From NCBI GenBank assembly GCA_054661495.1, contig BAAFSQ010000315.1:1-11000 (forward strand): a stretch of DNA of 11,000 nt. The letters are read 5' to 3'. Shown here one piece after another: positions 1 through 8,311 of this stretch. The notes below the pieces were generated by a model. The model made no database searches, had not been told where the DNA came from, and worked only from the letters and a program-made list of their open reading frames with translations. Within the stretch, counting starts at the first letter, position 1. Every line of letters begins with the position of its first letter. The stretch comes from Zygophlyctis sp. KS116. Its lineage: Eukaryota > Fungi > Chytridiomycota. Made by a program: the position numbers and the translations under genes.

Positions 1-163
1 TCATGGATTTGAAGTCGAAAGCGGTTAATAATTAATTAAACTGAATAATAAACAATCGGTCCATTTTTAGTAAATCTAGACTGACTAAGACAATCGTTTG
101 ATTTCATGCCGTTTTTACGCCTCTATTGGCCTGGCCGCATTGCCGATATTCTCTTTCAAAAAA

Positions 164-704
164 ATGATTTCAATGATTACTTTTGCACTTTTGCCTCTCC
201 TCAGCTTAGCCCAGGGCACAACCAATAGCACTGGCTCTACAAACAGTTCCATTGTCTCTCCTGAATGCCAGAAAGCATTACAATCAGTTTCAAGTTCCTG
301 CCAGACTCAAGTAGCGGAATGGACGAGTTTAGCAACGAGTTCTTGTAAAACGATAGATCTATGTACAGCGGATCAGAGAACAAACATTTGTCGAAAGTTC
401 AACAATGAGGTCCTTCCATGGTAAGTTTACAGAAATTAATTCTAGTTTGGATCCTGTTCTAAAAGCTTGCCCCGCAGGAGCAGCAGATTTGGAAGATTCC
501 ATAAAGGCATGTGCCAAATTGGCAGTTGGATCTGGTACTTCCGCCGGGTCTGGTACTTCCACCGGGTCTGGTACTTCCACCGGGTCTGGTACTTCCACCG
601 GACCAGGAACACCTACGGCAGCCTCGACCGACAACGCCAACTCTGGTTTTGCTATTGGAATGGAATTGTCTTTTCTAGGATTACTGGTTTCATTAGTTTT
701 ATAA
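164..704 (+). CDS. Secreted Cys-rich, probably GPI-anchored surface protein, paralog 1 (171 aa; exons 164-420, 446-704)
   Basis: ATG at 164 begins a hydrophobic signal peptide (MISMITFALLPLLSLAQ). Removing the 25-nt intron 421-445 (GTAAGTTTACAGAAATTAATTCTAG) joins ...EVLP-C-LDPVLKAC. The protein has 8 Cys, a GSGTST repeat stalk, then NSG plus a hydrophobic C-terminus (FAIGMELSFLGLLVSLVL) typical of a GPI signal. I do not recognise the family. Confidence 0.85.
528..617 (+). repeat. 18-nt coding tandem repeat GGGTCTGGTACTTCCACC (GSGTST): 4 near-perfect copies at 528-599 plus 1 degenerate copy
   Basis: Seen directly. It encodes GSGTSA-GSGTST-GSGTST-GSGTST-GPGTPT. Confidence 0.95.
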
Positions 705-950
705 GAAATTTAAAACCTCATCGTATCTGAATTAATCTGAGCTGCCCCCAGGTCCAATTTCTTCAGCTAATCAAGCTGGTTGAACGAACCATCTTAAAAT
801 AGATTCCACTGCTGATTCTAAATTAAGATGGATCTTCTATTTATAACTTCCAAAAATAAATATGAAAATGATTTCAATGATTACTATTGCATTATTGCCT
901 CTCCTCAGTTTAGCCCAAGGCACAACAAATAGAACTGGCTCGACAAATAG
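638..950 (+). repeat. Direct repeat, copy A: paralog 1 GPI tail + 157-nt spacer + paralog 2 leader. Copy B is at about 1331-1646.
   Basis: CAACTCTGG starts at 638 and 1331. The stops at 704 and 1397 are offset by 693 nt and the starts at 862 and 1558 by 696 nt. Both spacers carry the identical block TCATCGTATCTGAATTAATCTGAGCTGCCCCCAGGTCCAATTTCTTCAGC. Confidence 0.9.
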
Positions 951-1397
951 CACTAGAAAAACTACTAGTAGCAATCCAACAGCGTTTGTTTTACCTATGA
1001 TAAACATCACAAATACTTATAATTTTTCTCTTGAATGCCGGAAAGCAGTTTTAGCAGCAGATGCAACCTGCTTCAAACAATGGTTTATTATTGGAATGGA
1101 TGCAGTTTCGGGTGCAAAAACGGAGACTATTTTAAAATCAGCCTGTGAAAATCTTCAATGGTAAGTTAGTTCCTAAAATCTTACTCTAGCATTAAGCCTA
1201 TAATGACTTTATGTGTCGGTGTCGATGTTGCAACTGCTGAAAATGCAATGAGCCAAGCCGGTGCAGAATGCTCTAAATTAGGCTATTCAATCGCTACTAG
1301 TACAACAACAGCAGTACCGACAGATAAGGTCAACTCTGGCTATACTTTTGGAATGGAATGGTATATTCTAGGATTGCTGGTTTCATTAGTTTTATAA
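862..1397 (+). CDS. Secreted Cys-rich, probably GPI-anchored surface protein, paralog 2 (divergent core; 168 aa; exons 862-1160, 1190-1397)
   Basis: The signal peptide is nearly the same as in paralogs 1 and 3. The 29-nt intron 1161-1189 (GTAAGT...CTCTAG) splits a Cys codon at the same position and phase as in the paralogs, giving ENLQ-C-IKPIMTLC. It has 6 Cys with the shared C-x10-C and C-x7-C spacings, and the tail NSGYTFGMEWYILGLLVSLVL. Confidence 0.85.
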
Positions 1398-1646
1398 GAA
1401 ATTTAAAAACTCATCGTATCTGAATTAATCTGAGCTGCCCCCAGGTCCAATTTCTTCAGCAAATCACGCTGATTGCAATCAACTGACAATCTTAAAATAG
1501 ATTGTGGCGCTGATTCAAATAAAGATGGATATTCTATTTATAGCTTCCAAAAAAAATATGAAAATGATTTCAATGATTACTTTTGCACTTTTGCCTCTCC
1601 TCAGTTTAGCCCAAGGCACAACCAATAGCACTGGCTCTACAAACAG
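1331..1646 (+). repeat. Direct repeat, copy B: paralog 2 GPI tail + 160-nt spacer + paralog 3 leader
   Basis: Aligns with 638-950 with few substitutions and a small indel. Confidence 0.9.
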
Positions 1647-2005
1647 TTCCGATGTCTCTCCTGAATGCCAGAAAGCATTACAATCAGTTTCAAGTTCCTG
1701 CCAGACTCAAGTAGCGGATTGGACGAGTTTAGCAACGAGTTCTTGTAAAACGATAGATCTATGTACAGCGGATCAGAGAAAAAACATTTGTCAAAAGTTC
1801 AAGAATGAGGTCCTCCCATGGTAAGTTTACAGAAATTAATTGTAGTGTGGAGCCCGTTATGAAAGCTTGCCCCGCAGGAGCATCAGAATTGGAAGGCACC
1901 GAAAAGGCATGCGCTGCATATTCGAATGCATCTAGCAAGAACTATTCTGGACTTACCATGCAATTGATGTTTTCTATTTTAGCATTTTTATTTTTCTTGA
2001 ATTGA
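1558..2005 (+). CDS. Secreted Cys-rich, probably GPI-anchored surface protein, paralog 3 (140 aa; exons 1558-1820, 1846-2005)
   Basis: 1564-1915 aligns without gaps to 164-515 at an offset of exactly 1400 nt. It has a 25-nt intron at 1821-1845 and 8 Cys. There is no repeat stalk, and the hydrophobic tail is distinct (LTMQLMFSILAFLFFLN). Confidence 0.85.
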
Positions 2006-2139
2006 TTGTAAGAATAACTCTGAAATTAAGAATTTGAATGAGTGCTGAGTTTTATGATCAGTCCCACAGTGAAAACTAGAATGAAAACTACAGCTAAACC
2101 GCTGGAACCTAATTTGATTCCTAGAGCGCGTCATTAAAA

Positions 2140-2740
2140 ATGTTTCTCGTCAATTGGTTCTGGGACACACTCAGCTACTTGGGACTAGTCAATAAAAATG
2201 CAAAAATACTATTCTTGGGTCTAGATAACGCTGGAAAAACTACTCTTCTCCATATGCTTAAAAACGACCGTCTTGCAACTCTAAATCCAACTCTCCATCC
2301 CACTTCTGAAGAATTAGCAATCGGAAATGTTAAATTTACTACATATGATTTGGGAGGACATCAGCAGGCTCGAAGACTTTGGAAAGATTATTTTCCTGAA
2401 GTTGATGGAATTGTCTATTTAGTAGATGCAGCGGATCCTGCTAGACTAGGAGAATCAAAGGCTGAATTAGACGTAATTTAGAATTTTTTAAAAACTTTAG
2501 GCTCTTTTGGCTATTCCTGAATTATCTCAAGTTCCTTTTCTAATTCTAGGAAATAAAATTGATGCACCTACTGCAATTTCAGAAAATGATTTAAGAAGTC
2601 ATTTAGGACTTGTACAAACTACTGGAAAAGGAAAGGTTGTTGCTAAAGGTGTTCGACCTATTGAAGTTTTCATGTGTTCTGTTGTAATGCGACAGGGTTA
2701 TGGAAATGGATTCCAATGGTTGGCTAATTTTATGAATTAA
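2140..2740 (+). CDS. SAR1: Small COPII GTPase Sar1 (190 aa; exons 2140-2472, 2501-2740)
   Basis: Motifs [28 protein letters not shown] and EVFMCSVV are present. Removing the 28-nt intron 2473-2500 (GTAATT...CTTTAG) gives [11 protein letters not shown]. Confidence 0.97.
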
Positions 2741-2836
2741 ATGCACTAATAAAGTCTACTTTTTTCAGAGAGTGAGTTTTAGGAATGTTTAATCGTTTTA
2801 GGTGAATTTAAGGAAAAGGAATAATTGCATTGGAAA

Positions 2837-4264
2837 ATGAAGATTGTGAATGATGCAGATTCTTATCAAAAGTCATTAAAGGAAGTTGATCCAAAGACAG
2901 GAAAAGAAATAAATCCATATATTCCATCGTTTATATCAAAGGCACCATGGTATGCCAAGGATGATCAGTCAGAGCTGGGACATCAAAAGAAAAAGGTTGA
3001 AGAAAAGGTGCCGATAGGAATATCAGTGTCTAGAACTCTAGTACAAAATTCTGGGAAATTTAGAAAAGGTGCTTGTCAAAATTGTGGTGCAATGACACAT
3101 GCGACAAAAGATTGTCTTGAAAGACCTAGAAAAACTGGTGCTAAATGGACAGGAAGAGATATAAAACCAGATGAAATTACATCATCTTTATCTCTAGGAT
3201 TTGAAGCTAAAAGAGATAGATGGAATAATTATCAAGGTGATGACTACTCTTCAAGAGTTGCAGATTGGGAATTAATAGAAAAATCTAGAGATAAATTAAG
3301 ACAAGAAAAGGCTAGACAAAAGTTACTATCAGGAAATCAGGAAGAGGGCTCAGATTCGGATTCTGAAGATGATAAATACACTGACAATTTAGATACTGAA
3401 AAACAAGGAGATGCGGCTAATAGAGTTCCTGTTAGAAATTTAAGAATTAGGGAAGATACGGCTAGATATTTAACAGATTTAAATGCAAATTATGATCCAA
3501 AGAATAGAAAGGGTAAATTACCAAGTCTTAAGTATTTAGTAACTGGAGTTGAATCTACATTATACGGGAATGATGATTTTGTTAAAGCTGCTTCAGGATC
3601 AGATGCGGATAAATTGGCACAGATTAGTGCTTTTGCTTGGGAAGCAGAGAAAAGGGGGAAAGATGTTCATATTACAGCAAATCCAACGCAAGGGGAATTA
3701 TTGTTTAAGCAGGTATGTGGGAGCTCTTTGTCTAAAATATAGTATCAAGAAAAAAAGAAGAATATGGTTAATCAACATAAAAGTGCAGTATTTGATAAAT
3801 ACGGTGGTCAAGAACATTTGAATGCACCACCAAAGGAACTTTTAATGGTACAGAATGAAGAATTTGTAGAATATACAGAGTCGGGTGCCGTAAAAGAAGC
3901 TAAAGTATCTCGAGAATCGGTAAAAGGGAAATCAAAGTATCCAGAAGATGTTTATCCTGGAAATCATACGTCTGTTTGGGGGTCATGGTGGGAGGATGGT
4001 AAATGGGGATATGCCTGTTGTCATTCACATTTAAAAGCATCATATTGTGCTGGAAAAGCAGGGATTGAAGCCTTAGCTGCTGAACCAATGGCTCCATTAA
4101 AAAGATCTGCAGAAGAACCCGAAAAGCCTGAGCCAAAAGTTGCCAAAAGGACCATTTCTTCATCACATTCTGGTAGCATAACTCAAGAAGAGTTGGAAGC
4201 ATACAGACTTAATCGTCAAAAATTTCATGATCCAATGGCAAATTATAAAGATGATCAAGAATAA
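2837..4264 (+). CDS. SLU7: Pre-mRNA splicing factor Slu7 (second step, 3' splice-site selection); 465 aa, or 456 aa if 3513-3539 is spliced
   Basis: Motifs: EINPYIPSFISKAPWY, zinc knuckle GACQNCGAMTHATKDC, KRDRWNNY, VRNLRIREDTARYL, KSKYPEDVYPGNHTSVWGSWW and WGYACCH. Removing the 30-nt intron 3713-3742 joins LFKQ-YQEKKKNM. The first in-frame ATG is 2837, but the start is less certain than the rest. Confidence 0.93.
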
Positions 4265-4344
4265 CTTGTATCTTAATTCTGTAGAAAATCAATAACTTGT
4301 AGTTGATCATGAGTTTTTTTAATATAAAATCAAAGAATTTTAAG

Positions 4345-5331
4345 TTATAAAAAGAATTTCCTTCGAGAAGTCTCCAAATCTTGCTTATGAATCCATTCAT
4401 ACTCTGCCGAGGGAGAATCACCCATAAAAACGCCCTTTTGAATCCACTTGAGTTTTAGAGTAAATCTTGGCCCTAGTTCTTGCAAATCAACTTTTTCCTG
4501 ATTTCTAAAAATATACCGATGTCTTCTAAAGAATATAAAATCTCTTTGATTATGAAATGTGACAGCTTGTCTTCTTTGAAATTCAGGAACATGCGGGAAA
4601 AGCGACGCCACCATTCTACCAACAGAATGACCTAATCTAGTAGAAAAATTGTTCAAGATCAACTCTGGGGGAGAATCACATCCATTACCATGACCTCTTA
4701 TTTGCTTATTTAATTTAATACTTGAAAGTTTAAAGTATGCTGTGGGACCATTTGGTAAATGACATATTGTCAACCCATCTAATCGCTTTAAACCATTTAT
4801 ACTTACCAATAACCTTTTTATTTTCATGCAGGATCATTATATCTGTGAAGCCCTTGTTAATGCAAATATCAGCAATATTTAAAAGACTGAATTGCGGCTT
4901 TCGTTTCACAAATGTTGATCCTGGAAAAATATCACAAAATTCCTTTACAAAATCATAAACCTTCTAACAATAAGAAAAGATAAGATACCCCTGGAACTCT
5001 TTGAGTTGTTGTAATTAGAATCTTTGGATCAGCAGATCCTTGAAAATAATCCTTGAATTCATCTTCCTCTTCCTGTGCAATGATCTAATGCATTAGCCTA
5101 AACAATGCATACTTCTTCATCATCAGCGACAAGGTTGTCATCAGCTTCTCTCTTGTTTTCTAGAGTCTTTGGGACATTTTTCTCTAATCGCTGCTTCTTC
5201 AATTCAGGATCATTGGCTTCCGATCGCTTGATCTCTTTTCTTCTGGCTAATTTAGCTCTTGCGGCCTCGGATTTCAGCTTGTAAAAAACAGCAGCTCTCT
5301 TTATTTTATTAGAAATCTTTAGATCTTTCAT
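4345..5331 (-). CDS. RPF1: Ribosome production factor 1, Brix domain (301 aa; exons 5331-5113, 5084-4989, 4963-4807, 4778-4345)
   Basis: The N-terminus ISNKIKR...[10 protein letters not shown] is Rpf1-like. Also present: [61 protein letters not shown] and a C-terminal SRRKFFL. Introns 5085-5112 (28 nt), 4964-4988 (25 nt) and 4779-4806 (28 nt) are all GT-AG and restore frame. Confidence 0.95.
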
Positions 5332-6764
5332 TCGCTGGAATTTCTAACCCAACCCTCGACAAAAATTGACGCCTTTAGAAACTTGCGGGAAGAATATTTT
5401 TTAAATAGAGATTCATACTTGGATGGCTTTGACACATTTTCAAGAATTAAATCTACAGTGTCTTGCATTTGAGAAACTTCATATCCAGAGTAATGTACAA
5501 GATTATTGTCCTATGATTAAAATTAAAATTTTACCCATTCACCACGATCTAACATTTGTCGGGCCAAGTACAATCCAGACGCTGCAATCAAGGATGGCGT
5601 CTTGTCAAGGAATCGATTATCTATAAGTGATGCCTCCATCAAGTACTTTGCCAAAGTTCTAGTTTGATGATCGTAATTTTCAGCTTTAGAGACTCGACGC
5701 AAAAAAGACATTGGAGATGGGTATTGAAGAGAAAAATCTAAAACTTGGAGTATATATCTTTCTGCTTTAAGAACTTCTTCTTCAGTATATCCTCCATCAG
5801 CCATATAAATGAAATTAGAAAGAGAAGGAGTCAAGATTTCTTCATATTTTGAGGCAATAAACATTGCTGCAACTCCCACCAATTGAAGTTTAACAAGAGA
5901 TACAACTCGAAGAGATAAAAATCTGTCAATAATATTTACAGTAAGGTAAAGAGTTTCCGGCAATAAATGAAATTTGTGATGAACTTCAATCAACCAATCT
6001 ACAAGAATGCTTCTCATACTCCATTGCAAGTCTTTTTGATCATCAATGTAATTAGGATCAGGCATTGTCGTCAACTCTAATTTCTTCATGTACTCAAAGA
6101 TTTCAACAACATATTCAGAAACCATACTTGGATCTCCAGAGTCATCTGCATCCAAATCATCCCACTCAGAAGTTTTCACCTTTTTTGTAGAATGTTCTTC
6201 AGCCTCTTCATTATCACAAGAGTCAATCATTGCAGGATGTCTTACTCGAGCCTTGTTAACTTTAATAACTTTGGGCTCATCATCTTTAACCACCAACTTT
6301 TTAGTGACTTTAGCCTTTGGAGGTTGAATACAGCTCTTTTCATTGCTATTCTTTACTTTTTCTTGTAAAACTGCCTTCTTGTCTACAGTCTCATTTATAC
6401 TGGATTTACGAGTTTTTGCAGTCACACGTCCCTTTATCTCCTTGTTGTTTGTCTAGAATGAGATTTACTAAAGACGCGCTCATCACGTCTGGCAACACTT
6501 ACCTGATTCTGTTGTACATTACTAACATCTCCTAATGCAGATCTCTTCTTTGATGGCAACACTTCCTTTTTAGCAATTGGCTTCACTTTACTGGACAATG
6601 TCGCGTTCTTTGTCAATAGTACTTTAGACATTCCCTTGTTTTCTTCGTTTGAGTTATTCTTCTTCAATCCTGTTGGTGCATTGGAACTTGCAGCAGCTAA
6701 TCTAGAACGCGTTTGAATCTAGTATTCGTTTAACCTTTTAGAAAAGACTTACTTGCGAAAACAT
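5328..6764 (-). CDS. G2/M B-type cyclin, Cdc13/Clb/NimE-like (442 aa; exons 6764-6753, 6718-6503, 6452-5535, 5510-5328)
   Basis: It has a destruction box RSALGDVSN and a cyclin box MRSILVDWLIEVH...LPETLYLTVNIIDRFL...LQLVGVAAMFIASKYEE. The last exon, absent from the ORF track, reads DNNLVHYSGY...[26 protein letters not shown], the typical fungal cyclin B C-terminus. Introns are 6719-6752 (34 nt), 6453-6502 (50 nt) and 5511-5534 (24 nt). The 12-nt first exon (MFSQ) is the least certain part. Confidence 0.93.
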
Positions 6765-6983
6765 ATACTTTTTGGTTTAAAGTTTATTTAAATATTATAT
6801 TAGTAAAGAAAAGTAAGAGACAATCTCTAACACTTGTTCTAAAACTTTTAAAGAGCGAGTCCGATTATTCCCCGGGCTTTGAGTTAATTTCCCCGTGGCA
6901 CCTTCAGACTCTAGTTCCGTGCACCCTAATACAACAAAACAGAGAGATCTATCCCAGATCCGATCTTCCTTTTTTAATCATGA

Positions 6984-8141
6984 TTATTTGTAGATTAAAT
7001 CGCGTACACATTCAGAAATTGCTAAACAACTAGTTAATCCAGGTGATTCAATTCCTAAAAGATTTATAAATCCTTCTTGTTCCTTTTCAATTACAAAATC
7101 TTGAAATCCTTGATTTTCTCCAGACAATTTTGGACGTATTCCTGTATAATCCAATGATAATTTGTCTTTATCAACCCCTTTCAAGTATTTTGATACAGAA
7201 TTGTAAAATTTCTCTAATAATTCTACTTGTTTTAAACCATTTGGAAAAGAATAATCATCAGAATCCTTTATATATTGTACATCTGGACCAAATATTAAAG
7301 AACCTGATAAATCCAAAGTACAGTGAATTCCAAGACTTGTTAAATTATAATCTGGAATAGGATAAATCAACCTAGATACTAGACAAGACCCATTATACTT
7401 TACATAATGACCTTTAACATTATATAATTGTTTCTTTATAGGCCTTAGAGTACTAGATAATCTATTTGAACTTAATCCTGTACAATTTATAACATAATCA
7501 GCCTCTAAAACTGTAGAATCCTTTAGAGTAACTAAAAATCCTGAATTTCCTTTTTCTATCTTTTCTGCTTCTGTCCTATAAAACACTTGTCCACCTTGAT
7601 CTAGAATTATATTCTATAAATTTCAAATTTAAAGAAAATACTTGTAAAGTTTCCATCAATAAATGAGAATCTAGCATCCCAGTTTCTGGAGAATGTAATA
7701 CATTTGAAAATTTCAGATTTGGTTCTAAACTAGATATTTTCTGATGAGTCATAAAATTTAAAGGAATATCAAGATATTTTGCAGTCTTGTACAATTTCTC
7801 TAATTCCAAATCTTGATTGTCCGTATTAGAGACAATAAATTTCCCAATTTTAGCATGAGGAATCCTATATTTTTCCAAAAAAGGATACAACAATTGTCTT
7901 CCCTTGATACATAGATTAGATTTTAGAGAATTTATAGGATAATAAACTCCACCTTGACATTAATAAAAAAGAAAATACAATGAATAACTCCAGAATTCCT
8001 AGAAGAAGTTTCCATTCCAAACTTTATTCCTTTTTCAATTATAAATGTTGTTGCATTGGGAATTTTAGATAATTCTTTAGCGATCGCTAATCCGACAACA
8101 CCGGCACCAATGACTAGATGATTTACTTTTATATGATCCAT
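6984..8141 (-). CDS. L-2-hydroxyglutarate dehydrogenase-like FAD-dependent oxidoreductase, L2HGDH/LhgO family (367 aa; exons 8141-7979, 7952-7642, 7613-6984)
   Basis: Motifs: VIGAGVVGLAIA Rossmann motif, ETSSRNSGVIH-C-GVYYP...SLKSNLC across the 26-nt intron 7953-7978, SPETGMLDSHLLM, LGIHCTLDL, FGPD, DYTGIRPKL and LLGIESPGLTSCLAI. The second intron is 7614-7641 (28 nt). Confidence 0.9.
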
Positions 8142-8160
8142 ACTGTACTGTTGAAATGGC

Positions 8161-8187
8161 TTTAGACTGATGACGTTTAGACTGATG
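8161..8187. repeat. TTTAGACTGATG x2 (15-nt period) in the divergent intergenic region
   Basis: Copies at 8161-8172 and 8176-8187, with TGACGT at the junction. Confidence 0.85.
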
Positions 8188-8280
8188 GCACTAGAACTTG
8201 TGGCGTGCAATAGTAATAAGAGGAATTTATAAGCTGATAATTATGCAATAATACAATCTAATAAGACTCTTCACTAGAGG

Positions 8281-8311
8281 AAACTCTACTGTAAACTCTA
8301 CTGTAAACTCT
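8281..8311. repeat. AAACTCTACTGT x2.6 tandem repeat ending 2 nt before the glycosyltransferase ATG
   Basis: Copies at 8281-8292, 8293-8304 and a partial copy at 8305-8311. Confidence 0.9.

Noticed and set aside
98-163. N-terminal extensions in the ORF track from TTG/GTG starts (98, 1504, 2507, 2825, 6425, 10103)
   Set aside because: They come from bacterial-style start calling. Signal peptides and homology place the real starts at ATGs or in upstream exons.
528-599. Repeat array as a CRISPR-like element
   Set aside because: The units are contiguous with no spacers, they encode in-frame protein, and the context is eukaryotic.
359-730. ORFs 359-640 (-, VEVPDP repeats) and 467-730 (+, RVWYFH repeats)
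   Set aside because: These are alternative-frame shadows of the 18-nt GSGTST repeat in paralog 1.
5344-5370. Possible GT..AG intron (GTCAAT...GTTAG, 27 nt) fusing cyclin to RPF1
   Set aside because: The donor is weak, splicing would remove conserved cyclin residues (ASIFV..W), and as a 3n segment it stays in the cyclin frame, so no fusion results.
6453-6502. GTGATGA in the cyclin intron as a C/D snoRNA box C, or GATGAG as a PAC element for RPF1
   Set aside because: There is no downstream CTGA D box, the intron is too short for a snoRNA, and it is more than 1.1 kb from the RPF1 start.
3549-7360. Overlapping ORFs 3549-3821, 3900-4202, 4209-4421, 4737-4958, 5423-5626, 6088-6327, 6317-6535 and 7130-7360
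   Set aside because: They are antisense or off-frame shadows of well-supported genes, with no recognisable motifs.
2129-8175. CGTCA shortly upstream of the SAR1, RPF1 and oxidoreductase ATGs as a shared promoter motif
   Set aside because: It is a 5-mer that also occurs inside coding regions of this window, so it cannot be distinguished from chance here.
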